DNA from: a virus
IMG/VR virus record: IMGVR_UViG_3300046376_000226
Coordinates: 10,556 to 74,555 of that record
DNA: 64,000 nucleotides
Direction: 5' to 3' (one strand)
Shown in pieces: positions 17,724-28,354 of this stretch (position 1 is its first letter; each line of letters starts with the position of its first letter). The position numbers were made by a program, and so were the translations under genes. Below the pieces are notes generated by a model that saw nothing but the letters and a program-made list of their open reading frames with translations, was not told the origin of the DNA and made no database searches.

Positions 17724-18175
17724 GGCTCATTCGGAGTGCGGCCTGCGCAAACTCTGGCGCTGCGCCTCGATGCGCTTCTGCGCCAGGCGCACGTCCTGCA
17801 TCCAGTAGGGCTCAGCCCCCAGCTCCAGCTTGTCGATGGCTTGGACCAGCCGTTTGGCGGTCACATCAATGGCGTTCTCCAGTTCATTTGTCGAAATGTC
17901 ATCATGCGGTTCAGGCTCGGAATTGGGTGCTTTCATAAGTGCTTGTCGTTGTGTGTGTTAGCCATAACTACATACAATAAAGGTCATATAAAATAGACTG
18001 TGCCAACGTTGCGCAGTCGGCGCGCCGCCGGACGCGGCCGCCAGGCGGGAGGGCGACCCTCCCGGCATAATGCCGGAACACGCCGGGGGGTATTGCCCGC
18101 TTTTGGGACTCCGGTTTAGGCATTGCCATCCTTACAAGCCATGGCCCGACATTTTTATAAAAAATCATTGCCGAG

Positions 18176-18691
18176 GTGGTATACCCCCTTTTATGTAAGA
18201 AGGCAATGCTGGAAACAATACCTAGGCGGATACGGGAGAGCATTGAGGTGGAGAGTGAGGAGGGATGCTGGCCGTGGACAGGGGCGCGTACTAGTGGAGG
18301 GTACGGGGTGGTATCGGTGGGAGGGAAGCCGGTACGGGTACACCGGTACGTGTATGAGAAAGTTAAAGGGGTGGTATTAGGGCCTGAGGTAGAACTGCAT
18401 CATGAGAGGTGTAAGAACAAGCTATGCTGCAATCCGGCGCACGTTAAAGAGGTGACGCACTCTGAGCACGCGCGGATTCACCGGCGCTGGGAGAGGGATA
18501 GGGACAAGGACCGGCCGAAGACGCACTGCCGGTATGGGCATGAGTTAGCGGTGGCTGGGGTACGGGTTGACGAGAAAGGGCACCGGAAATGTCGGGTATG
18601 CGAGCGAGCGAAATGGCGGCGCAAGAATGCCCGGGTGCGGGCTAAAAAGAAACGGACCCTGGGTGGGGTGGTGGTGGACTTAGTGATCTAG
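18176..18691 (+). CDS. HNH homing-type endonuclease
   Basis: GCWPWTGA..SGGYG, RVHRYVYE, LHHERCKNKLCCNPAH, KTHCRYGHE, RKCRVC; start may be ATG 18206. Confidence 0.9.
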   Translation: MVYPLLCKKAMLETIPRRIRESIEVESEEGCWPWTGARTSGGYGVVSVGGKPVRVHRYVYEKVKGVVLGPEVELHHERCKNKLCCNPAHVKEVTHSEHARIHRRWERDRDKDRPKTHCRYGHELAVAGVRVDEKGHRKCRVCERAKWRRKNARVRAKKKRTLGGVVVDLVI

Positions 18692-18700
18692 GGAGGGTGG

Positions 18701-21660
18701 TCATACCCGGGTAGTTAGGATCCGGCTTAAGCGATGGGCTTCGATGCGGCGTTTACGAATTAAAGCGCGGGCGTGCCATTTGCAGGAGTGAGTTTTCTCC
18801 CAGTATTGCATGAGGAGGCAGTTGGTAGAGGCGCAGGAGAGTTCCTGGGATACTTTGCGTTTTGCTAGCTCGAAGTCGCTGTCGGAAAGCAGGAGGACTT
18901 TCATAGGTCACTTGGGTGAGATCTTCCAGGTTAAGAAGATGATGAAGTTAGAGGCGGCGATAACGGAGTCGCGGAAGAGGTCGGTCCACATACTGGAGGT
19001 GATATCGCCTAGGGCGAAACCCAAGTTGATGGCGAAGAGGAGCGCACTGGCCCAGAGCATCAGGGAACGGATTTTCATTAGCCGTAGAGGCGTACCCGGC
19101 GTTTATGGATGGCGGCGCCCCGTTGGAGGCTGACCCGTTCACTGTCGGCGTTAGCCATGATGAAGGGGCCGACCGCCAGGAGTTCTTTTCCGTCTAGGTG
19201 ATCGACTAAGACCCAGTTATACTCGGCTGAGTCGAAGTCTTCCCGGGCGTGGTAGCAGGCCCAGTAATAGAATTTAGGCTTCAATTGTTTTAGCTGCGAT
19301 GGTGCAACCCGGGTGCAGGGCTTTAACTTCCTGGATAGCGGCCAGGTGGGCGACGCCTTCGTCGGACGCTTCCAGTTCGACGGTGTAGGAAGCGAGCTGG
19401 CGGTCGTCACCGTCGTATACGTAGACTTTGATTCTGAAGCTCATAGCAAGGCTTCTAAAGCGTTACGCAATTGTTCTTTGGCGCGGGCCTGGGCCAGGAA
19501 CGCTATAGCATCGGATACGTTAGGTTCGACTTTGAGGACGCCGCGCAGCTGGTAGATGGCCTGGATCAGGCTTTGGGCGTCGTCATCGCGCAGGTCGTGC
19601 TCGAGCACCACGGTGAGATAATTATACCTGTCGCTCATATTTCCGGATCTGGTGGGCCTTGGTGAGATAGCTCGGCCTGGCGTTTACGGAATTCGGCGAT
19701 GACAGCGGCGGCGGTGTTTTCCCATACGTCGCGGAACTGTTCAGGTATCTGTTGGTAGTCGGTGACGTTCAAGAGGGTCGGATCCAGTCCGCAGAAAGTT
19801 TTATAGGCGACTTCGCCGTAGGTGATGTGACGGGGCATAAGAGTTACTTGGTGAAACGCTCGACCAGGCCATGGACGATCACGAGGTCAACCGGGTCGCG
19901 GGAGTTGAGGCACATGACCCGGTGATAGGCGGCACGCTGGGCGCGCGAAGTGGTTTCCCAGATGGCCATAATCTTGAGCATGGTGGGGTGGTCGGCGGGC
20001 AGGACCTCGCCGGTCTCGAGGTTCATGAAAGCGGGTTTACACCCCGGGCAGTTGTCGTCGTACTCTTGGTGGCTCATAGGCTAATCAGACAAGCGAAGCG
20101 CGGCCCACTCTGCGATCATGGGGTAGAGCAGGGCACGCATCTGGAAGTCAGGAGCCAGGACTTTTTCATCGGCACCGTGAGGGGCGGCCTCGATTTTCGC
20201 GTTGAGATAAGTGACCGGGATACTAGTCGAATCGGTGATACTCTCGACCAGGTCGCGGTATTCGCCCAGGGTAGCGGGGCAGGGATAACCGGCTTCATCG
20301 GTTCTCATAGTAACGTTTGATGGCTTCGACTTGTTTAGGGGTAGGCGGCATGAAGATCATCTCCTCGCCGGTCTGGGCTAGTTCTTGGCCGCAGTCCAGG
20401 CACAGGATCTCCGGACCGGGATCACTGGAGAGAGCGCGCCAGACTTGCGTCCGGCATTTTGAGCAGCATTCTCTTACGCTCTCGACTCTGGGGTTGGGCC
20501 AGCGCGAGACCGGCAGACAGAGCAGGTATTCGTTCATAGGCGGCCTTGAGGCGCGTTTTGATCCGGGGGCAGGGTGATGACAGGGGGTACGGTGTTTGGC
20601 GCGGCCTCGCGCTCAGCAGCGCTTGCCAGGGCGGCACGCCAGGTATCGCCCAGGCCCAGTTTATCGAGCTTAGCCGCCATGGCTTGGAAGATCGGGTCGT
20701 TCGGATTCATTTTGGTTTGGTGACGCGCCGGACCCAGAGATCATGGACTACTCGGCCCGCATCGGAGTCGGTGGTGGCGTGCGGGGGCAGAAATTCGTTG
20801 GAGCAACGGATCCATCCTTGTTTACCCGTAAAGCCACTGGTGAGGACGAAATGGTGCAGGACCGGGTTAATGCACGGGTTGTTACCTTTCTCCAGGTAGG
20901 ACATGAAGAGCTGGCTATTTATTGCCGGGATACTCATTTATTCCATGGATGCTTTTAAGAAAGGCTAAGCCTTCCTGGTGCTGGGCTAAAGCCTCGGCCC
21001 GGGTGGTGCAGCGGGCGCTCCACAGCGCGGGGCGCGGGTAATAATCGGTGGTGCCCGGGAAAGCCTCGCTCTCCTGGGGGCCAAAGACGATGGTCTCAAA
21101 CCAGAGGGGCAGGCCGCCGGAGACATACTGATGGTTTAACCCCAGGAAAACCGTGGAGACCAGATGGTGATCCAGCTCGTCCCGGCCGATCCGGCGCTGG
21201 GCGTCATGGGTTTCAAACCACTCGGCCCACTCGATGAGCTTGGATTGGATCAGCTGGTGTTTATTGTCGTAGACCGCGATCGGGACCACCTCCCCCGCCT
21301 CGTCCAGGATGGCGTGGTTAAACTGGTGGAACCCGTGGATACCCTCCTCAAAAGCCTTCTTTAGTTCTTCGAGGGTAGGCAGGAGGCCGTTGAAGGGATC
21401 TGGGAGTTGGTCGTTCATAGCTGGTTTCGTCTGACGAGCCAGGCGACAATCTCGGCTTTCGCCCGTTCCAGGTCGAAGTAATACCGGGGCCAGCCGTCCG
21501 ATTCATCGATGTCCCGGGCCAGGTCGCCCTTGGCGTCCAGCTGCGCCAGCCAGTTGCCCCGGTCGCAATAATTGGGGCGTTCAGTCAAATAGACGGTGCA
21601 GTATTTACCATCTATTCGTAAAGAGTCATCCTTTTCTATCCAGCGTGTTGCATGTTCCAT
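18701..21660 (-). other. Run of small accessory hypothetical ORFs (e.g. 19441-19638, 19635-19838, 19844-20077, 20081-20308, 20295-20537, 20707-20937, 20915-21418, 21415-21660)
   Basis: Co-oriented coupled ORFs; 20915-21418 has the common phage motif VSTVFLGLNH...PLWFETIVFG. Confidence 0.6.
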
Positions 21661-21702
21661 TGCTTTTGCGTCATTAATACTTTTCTGTTAGATGTTCAAG
21701 CA

Positions 21703-22089
21703 ATGAAAACTGTAACCCTGAAACTCGAAGATAACGAATGGACTGATTTACGCATAGCCGCATTCAAGGAACGTCAACCATTTGGGGCATATCTGATTTC
21801 CAGAATACGGATAGCGGTAGCTAAACCTAAACCAGAATCGAAGGTTCGTGAACTAAACCCTGAAACCACATCCAGGGTTCACCCAATGGACCCGCAAAGC
21901 GTAGAACAGACGTTAGGGAAAGCTACTGAAAAAGCCGAGCCGGTTTCAAGGAAACCCCTTAAAGGCTTAGATGTGCCGATAATGGCAGTCTCCAATTCAG
22001 CAGAAGATGTAAAGGCGCAACTCAAGCGTTTAGAAAGCGCCAATAAAGAGATGAGGGAACGCGGCTACGGACCTAAGAAGGGTTCCTAG
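21703..22089 (+). CDS. Putative RHH-like DNA-binding protein
   Basis: MKTVTLKLEDNEWTDLRIAA pattern; AT-rich upstream promoter-like segment; divergent orientation. Confidence 0.5.
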   Translation: MKTVTLKLEDNEWTDLRIAAFKERQPFGAYLISRIRIAVAKPKPESKVRELNPETTSRVHPMDPQSVEQTLGKATEKAEPVSRKPLKGLDVPIMAVSNSAEDVKAQLKRLESANKEMRERGYGPKKGS

Positions 22090-22309
22090 GCGCAGGCTTG
22101 GCTTTCTTCAGGACCTTAGTTTTAAACTTCCCCTGGATGCGGGCCTTGAAAAACTTGCCCTTTGAGGGGGCGGCCAGGAACGACTGATAAGTGGGGGCCG
22201 GGACTCCGGCGTAAGCGTAGACGCTTGAATCCCTGAAGCTGACGGTCAGGGTGCGATCCGGCACCGAGTAATCGACGGCGCTTATGTGGGAACTTCTAAC
22301 GTTAGGCAT
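22073..22309 (-). CDS. KTSC-domain protein
   Basis: VRSSHISAVDY...LTVSFRDSSVYAYAGVP...FLAAPSKGKFF. Confidence 0.9.
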   Translation of the reverse strand: MPNVRSSHISAVDYSVPDRTLTVSFRDSSVYAYAGVPAPTYQSFLAAPSKGKFFKARIQGKFKTKVLKKAKPAPRNPS

Positions 22310-22599
22310 ATCATCTTAGCTGCCCATTCAGGAGAAGTATCCCTACCACCACAAAGAGAAATGTCGCCGCTAACAGGAATATTATTATCGCGATTTCCAC
22401 TGGCTCCGGCGGCTCCGGCTTGAAGTTTCTCACCGGCAAAGCTCTTCATTGAGCCGCTCAATTTTGCGGCATACCCGGTTTAACCGGAAGGTTGTTAACC
22501 AACCTAAGTGGCCTTGCTCGATCAACAAATTGAGATGGGCCAGGGTACGTTCGGCCTGGGCTAGTTTGCGCAGTAGCCGTTCCTTCGATATGGCAGTAG

Positions 22600-22824
22600 T
22601 CATAGTTTTTTCGGTATTGCCCAGGCCATAATTGCTAAGGCGACCTCGTTTATAGGCGGCTCTAAACTCGGGTCCAGATGGGCATTAGCTCGCTCGAGAA
22701 TCTCGGAGACTTCGGGCTGGCTGAAGCGGCCAGCCTCGAAGATGGAGGTCGTGTAACCGTGCCGGTTTGAAAGCCACCAGGCTTGGTGTTCTTCACTCCA
22801 GATTAGGTAATGGGCATCCCTCAT
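22600..22824 (-). CDS. Conserved hypothetical protein
   Basis: YLIWSEEHQAWW...GYTTSIFEAGRF motif; coupled to the upstream gene. Confidence 0.65.
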   Translation of the reverse strand: MRDAHYLIWSEEHQAWWLSNRHGYTTSIFEAGRFSQPEVSEILERANAHLDPSLEPPINEVALAIMAWAIPKKL

Positions 22825-24332
22825 TGGTTAGGTGGATCCCCTGGCGTCACCGTCACATCCATCGGCGCGTCGCTTTCGATTCGGATGTTTTGCACATGCC
22901 GGTGCGCTGGGCTCGGTGTCGGTTGAGGCGTAGGATTAGGCGTGGGCGTTGGGTTCGGGTTTGGTGGAGTCGGCTGCGGCGTAGGCGTCGGAGTCGGGTT
23001 CGGACCACTGCCACCGCCGCTGCGCATCGGATGCGGATAAGGGTACGGCGTCCAACCCGGCTTAGGACCTGCATCAACGAAGTAGTCACGGCCTTTTCGT
23101 AGGTAGGTATCGATGACCTGATTATTGCCGCAGTTGTCCGGCATATAAGTCTGGGTCGAGACGTAGCCTGGCGCTTTGGTGCCGGGGCCGGTGTTATCCC
23201 AGACATAGACAGGGTCGCAGACCGCGCCCTTGCCATTCGGTAAGAAATAGCCAGGGCTACGGCCGCCCTCGAGCAGCTGCGGATTCTGCTCGTCTTCTAC
23301 CTTACCCCAGTTAGCACCGTTATTGGCCCATGACCAGCCGGTCTGGCGCGGAGAGGGATATTCGATCGGACAGAAGCTGCCGTTCGCGCCGTCATTTGCG
23401 CCTCGGGTAATCGCATACACATTCAGCTCGAACTGGGCCTTCCCCCACGGGACTTCGCCTACGACATTGTCGGTAATGACTCCGGTGCCGCCCCGGCAGC
23501 TGAACCAGTTATTGAGGTTCTTCGGATTATCCTGGGTGATCTCGAAAGTACAACCGTAGATCTCCCACGAAGTCACGCCGATGGGGCTAGTCTCCTGGCC
23601 GTGGCTCCCCATGGTCGCGTCATGCATGTGGTTATGGCGCCACACTGTCCGGGAGTTTGCATCGAAATTGGCGTCCCCGGTGTTGGCGTTAGAGAAGTTG
23701 CAATCCTCCACGTAGGAATTGTGCAACCCATCCGGATCTTTGGTCCCGAGCGTTGAAGGCTGGTTGTAGCTATTGTAGTCGCCCATGCCGATCACGAACG
23801 AGATCCCGCCCATGCCGCCGGACCCTACAAAGTCGCAGTTCCAGACGAGGATCCCGTTGCTAGAAACCAGCATCGAGTAGGCATAGATCGAGCCCTGGTT
23901 GAAACTGCAATCGTGGATCATGACCGTGTAGCGAGTCGATTCATCTCTCCCGGCATTAATGCTGAACCCTCTGCCGCCGCCGTTGTCGGCAACCTGCTCG
24001 AATTTGATGCCGTAGATAACGGTGTTGCCGTTCTTGCCCGATTTGGCGTTGATCAAGGTAGAGCTACCGTTCTGGTTGCGGATAATCGTGTCGCTGCCCG
24101 CCAACGTGACCGCTTTATTGATGTTGAGCTGGCCGCTCCAGCTAAAGGTGCCAGCCGGAATGATCACAGTACTGCCGTCATTCGCACTATCGATGGCGCG
24201 TTGGACATCGGCCTGGGAACCATCAGTCTGGATCGATTTACCGCTGCTGCCTTTACGGGTGTAGGCGTCCAGAGAGGGCGGCTGGCCAAGGACGAATATG
24301 GCTAAAGTCAGGAGGAGCATGGGGAGTTTCAT
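22821..24332 (-). CDS. Secreted right-handed beta-helix (pectate-lyase-like) protein with Pro/Thr linker
   Basis: Signal peptide (MKLPMLLLTLAIFVLG...LDA), DVQRAIDSANDGSTVIIPAGTFSW, Asn-rich parallel-beta repeats, WTPYPYPHP, PTPTP linker. Confidence 0.8.
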   Translation of the reverse strand: MKLPMLLLTLAIFVLGQPPSLDAYTRKGSSGKSIQTDGSQADVQRAIDSANDGSTVIIPAGTFSWSGQLNINKAVTLAGSDTIIRNQNGSSTLINAKSGKNGNTVIYGIKFEQVADNGGGRGFSINAGRDESTRYTVMIHDCSFNQGSIYAYSMLVSSNGILVWNCDFVGSGGMGGISFVIGMGDYNSYNQPSTLGTKDPDGLHNSYVEDCNFSNANTGDANFDANSRTVWRHNHMHDATMGSHGQETSPIGVTSWEIYGCTFEITQDNPKNLNNWFSCRGGTGVITDNVVGEVPWGKAQFELNVYAITRGANDGANGSFCPIEYPSPRQTGWSWANNGANWGKVEDEQNPQLLEGGRSPGYFLPNGKGAVCDPVYVWDNTGPGTKAPGYVSTQTYMPDNCGNNQVIDTYLRKGRDYFVDAGPKPGWTPYPYPHPMRSGGGSGPNPTPTPTPQPTPPNPNPTPTPNPTPQPTPSPAHRHVQNIRIESDAPMDVTVTPGDPPNQ

Positions 24333-24369
24333 GAGACCTCTGTAAGCCTCCCATTGAACTAATCAAATC

Positions 24370-26184
24370 TTATTCAGTCATGGTCCATTCGGGCATTTCC
24401 TTAAGGATCGGATGATCCGGCTCGTCGCTGGTAAGAATCGCTACCACCCACCACTCCCGGTTGTTATCAATCTCGGCCATCAAGTTGTAGGCGCCTATGT
24501 AAGGATGAGAGCTGATCGAGAGCCGGGTAAGGTTGGGATTAGCTTCCCGGTCGACCCAGCGTTTGATGAAGGGGATGGCTAAGAGTTCAGCCACCGTTTC
24601 TACATCCGCTTCGTCAGTTTCAAACCCGCTGAAAAATGCGGGCCGGTATTGCCGGACGTGAATTGTGCTCATCGTTTCGGGGGCCTTACAAGCCGGATCA
24701 TGGGGGCTTTAATGATGCAGCGGCGGTCATCTTCACAGTAACGGACGTTCTGGCTGAGCGTCCCAGGCTCCAACCCAAACTCGGCACTCAAATCGACAGT
24801 GTAGACCTTAATCCGGTCATCGGGCCGTTCGCGCCCGCAGACGTGACAGGTCCAGAAAATGGCATTCATCATGGCTTCTTAGCCTGGTAATAACTGTCTA
24901 GCGCGGCGTCCAGGCTCCGGTAGAGGTTTTCATAAGGGGAGCCGTAGAACTTGGTGGAGTCCTCCCGGCGCATCTCCCGCAGGTGATCACACAAATGCTC
25001 GATGATATAAGCCATACGCAGGCGCTGGGGGTCGGTGCCCATCTGGCCCAAGAGGCCCGAGCCTTGCATGCTCTGACCCTGGCCTGACATCATCTGCTGC
25101 TGCAAGCCTGGGTAACCCGGTTGCGGCTGCTGGGTCTTAATCGGGCACCAATCCAGATGCCCGTCTGGCCAGGGGCCGTGACAGATCTGGCAGAAAGTGC
25201 CTTGCGTGGGCTCACTCATGGCTGGCGGATAATCTCTCGGGCGGCCTCGAGCGTTTCGGGGGTTAGCTGGCCGCCTTCGGATATGAGCGAGCCTAGCATC
25301 ATGCCTGCTTTCAAGGCTTTTTCCGGAGTCACCTCTTCCCCGTAGTTACCAAAGATAGGGTGCTCAGTCTGATAGAGGTCCAGTATCCGGCGTTGTTCTT
25401 CGCGGTTGCTAAGGTAGCCGGTGAAATAGCCGATATTCTTGAGCTGGATTGCTTTGGCCTCGCCGTAGTTCAGGGTGGGATCTTCAGCTCGCGCCATCTC
25501 GATTAGCTTAATCACTACCACCTCGGCTTCGAGCCGGGTTTTTGCGTGCATAGCGACCTGTAAAGCCTGCCAGTATTCAGTCATGTTTTGGTTCTTTAGT
25601 TAGTAACGCTAGTTCGATCTCGATCGTGATTTTCTGTTGGAGACTCCTAAACTTGACTGCTCCATGGGCCGGTCGCACTTCCAGATCGCAGCCGCCTTCA
25701 GCCAGAGTAAAGCCTTTGTGTTTCGCCGCCTCTAGCAGAGCTGTGTCCGGGCCGCCATCCGGGTTAATGGTGATTTCGACGGTGAGAGTTCTGGGTAAAA
25801 ACAGGATCATTCCGGACTCCATACCATCCCGGCAATGAACGCGTCACTGCACATTTGCCGGATCGTCGACATAGCGCCTCGCTCGATTTCCTCCCGCTTC
25901 ACTCGGCGTATCTCAGTCTCCCACCATTTTGCGAAGCCCTGGTCGGCATTGGTGCGCTCGTCCTGGTCGGTAAAAGTCTCGGGGTTGTTAGTATTCTTAG
26001 CGATGAACTCGCGCATGGCTTGGATGATGTCATCGCGGTTACCGTTAGCGAGGTAAAGAACGGCGCCTCCGGTGCCGAAGGGAAAGGCGAGCAAGACGAA
26101 GCCCCAGTGTTTACCGGGAAGCTGGCTCTGGATCGAGCGCCCGATGGCTTGTAGATTTGCTTTGACGGTTTCTTCTTCGGACAT
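24370..26184 (-). other. Run of small hypothetical ORFs (24370-24672, 24669-24872, 24869-25219, 25216-25584, 25577-25822, 25807-26184)
   Basis: Coupled start/stop overlaps. Confidence 0.6.
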
Positions 26185-26212
26185 AAGTATAACGCTTTAA
26201 GATATAACGGTA

Positions 26213-26434
26213 ATGCCACGTCCTCGTAAATACGCAACCGAAGAAGAAAGACAAACAGCAATTCGGGAACAGACCCGAGTTCGGGTTGCGCGCTGGGCCA
26301 AAGCGCATCCGCGTAAATGGCGCAAGATCCAGAGACGCTGGCGAGCCGCAAACCCACAGACTCAGAGACGCTGGCGGCACGGGCGCACCCGGCGCACTAT
26401 CGTGATTCCCTTAACCATTCTCTTAAAAAGATGA
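26213..26434 (+). CDS. Small Arg-rich protein
   Basis: MPRPRKYATEEER basic motif; first gene of a plus-strand island. Confidence 0.55.
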   Translation: MPRPRKYATEEERQTAIREQTRVRVARWAKAHPRKWRKIQRRWRAANPQTQRRWRHGRTRRTIVIPLTILLKR

Positions 26435-27069
26435 ACCATCCCCCCGATGTCCCTATGCCGAAGCGCATCGAGGCGCTCGAGCGCGACCCGGAGCGCGGCT
26501 ACCCGGTCCCTTACTTTGTTGCCTGGGTCGACGGCAAACCTGATTTCCGGATTGCTGACGCCCGGGCTCATTTGAATTGTATCCAGGAAAAGCTGTGCTG
26601 GATCTGTGGCCAAAAGTTAGGCAAACACTTAGCCTTTGTGATCGGCTCGATGTGCGTGGTTAACCGGGTTAGCGCCGAGCCGCCCATGCATAGGGACTGC
26701 GCCCTTTATTCGGTCCAGGTTTGTCCTTTTCTGCTTAACCCCAACCAAAAACGCAATCCAAAGGGGGGAATAGAGAAGTATAGCTCTAGCCCGGGCGGGA
26801 TCCTGATTGAGCGTAACCCCGGGGTAATGGCCCTGTGGCTGACCGAGTCCTACCAGATTGTGCGTGACGGGAACGGGCGCTGGGTCTTGCGTGTGGGTGA
26901 ACCACAGAGTGTCCAGTGGTATGCCCAGGGCCGGATCGCCACGCGCGACGAAGTCTTACACTCTATCGAGACCGGGCTGCCATTCTTACGTGACCTGGCT
27001 GCGCAAGATGGAGCCAGCGCGCATCTAGAAAAGGCCGTGCTCAGCGCCATGAAACTGGTCCCACTATGA
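26431..27069 (+). CDS. Conserved Cys/His-containing phage protein
   Basis: RGYPVPYFV..GKPDFR, LCWICGQKL, EPPMHRDCA..VCPFL; start taken at the ATG overlapping the previous stop. Confidence 0.75.
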   Translation: MNHPPDVPMPKRIEALERDPERGYPVPYFVAWVDGKPDFRIADARAHLNCIQEKLCWICGQKLGKHLAFVIGSMCVVNRVSAEPPMHRDCALYSVQVCPFLLNPNQKRNPKGGIEKYSSSPGGILIERNPGVMALWLTESYQIVRDGNGRWVLRVGEPQSVQWYAQGRIATRDEVLHSIETGLPFLRDLAAQDGASAHLEKAVLSAMKLVPL

Positions 27070-28005
27070 GAACCCTAGGTGATATCCCTCAACGCGGTAA
27101 GGTCGTCTTTGAAGGTCATCTCGCCACCCAGTTCTGGATCCGGGCCCTGGGCTTACAGGACGAGATCGGGCAGGCCCAGGTGTTACTGAGTCAGGAGAAG
27201 CGTCGCAAAGAAGCAGCGGTCCCAATCGTTGCTGAGTACGAAGTTGATAGCCGCTTAACCTTTGTTTACCTGATTGTCGCCAAGGTTGACATGCTCGGGA
27301 TTCAGAATGGGACCGGCGTCATTTATTTCGCCTCCCCTCATTATCTAAAGGAAGCGAAACGGATCCGCGACGGGTTCGCGGACGACATCATGAAGGACTT
27401 AGAAAAACGCGGTTTCGACGAAATAGTCGAGATCGAAGACAAGACAGAAAGGAAGCGTAAAGACTAGGGAAGCGTCAGAAAGCAAGCTAATGAAACGAAG
27501 ACGAATTAAGAAATCCGACAGAATGTACAAGAACATCCCGGTCAGAGAGGCATTGGCCTCTCTTCATGTTCAACCCAGTAAACAGGACATCCAGGGGGCA
27601 ACTAAAGAGGACCCGGAGAACTGTGCTTATGCGCGTTGTCTCCGGCGCACGATGGAGTGTGCCAACGTTTACGTCTTTAAAACGATCGCCTACGTGCAGA
27701 CTCTTGACCAGGAAGGAAAGCCTCAATTTACTCGGTACACGGTCAAGAAATATGCGCGCGAGTACATCCTGAAATTTGACAGTGGGCAAAAGGTCCAACC
27801 CGGCGGGTTCGTATTTCATAAGCCAGCCAGGAGCATCACCTTGGACTACAAGATGAAAAACTACAGGAAATACAGTCACCCGCGCACAGGCAAGAAAGCG
27901 ACCCCGCCTCTGCGAATGGGGCTGCGCTCCGGCAAGGGCCGGGTACACTTTTTACATAACCAGGAGATCGTCCCCAGAAAACTGGAAGATCAGGTAAGCC
28001 CGTGA
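27066..28005 (+). other. Two hypothetical ORFs (27066-27467, 27490-28005)
   Basis: Coupled plus-strand ORFs with protein-like composition. Confidence 0.6.
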
Positions 28006-28354
28006 TTATGTCCCCCGGCGCCCATCCCGCCGCTTTCAAATTCGTCGGTGCCTTTTTCATCCCAGCCAGCGTAGCGGGTCCAGGGACCGGCTGTGCTCGG
28101 ACCTCGGATCGTGAACCGGCCGTTTTGAGTGGGGGTGGCACAGGTCACAGTGGCCCGGGGCGGCCCGTACTTAGGCGGCAGAGGCTTTTGCATCGGCCTT
28201 AGCGTTTTCTTGTACCGGTCGACGCAGAGGATTGCTCCCGGGGCGTTACGCTGCGGCGGCCAGGCGTTCCCGGGTGCTTGCTGGCAGGGGGCAGCGGGCC
28301 AGCCGCTGAAAGAGCGGCACCCGGAATAAGGGCTAGTGAATAGGACCGACTCAA

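Noticed and set aside
24351-24359. Match of array spacer ccattgaac elsewhere in the window (possible self-target)
   Set aside because: The partner spacer is not adjacent in either orientation, and single 9-mer matches are expected by chance in 64 kb; a full 18-mer search was not possible by eye
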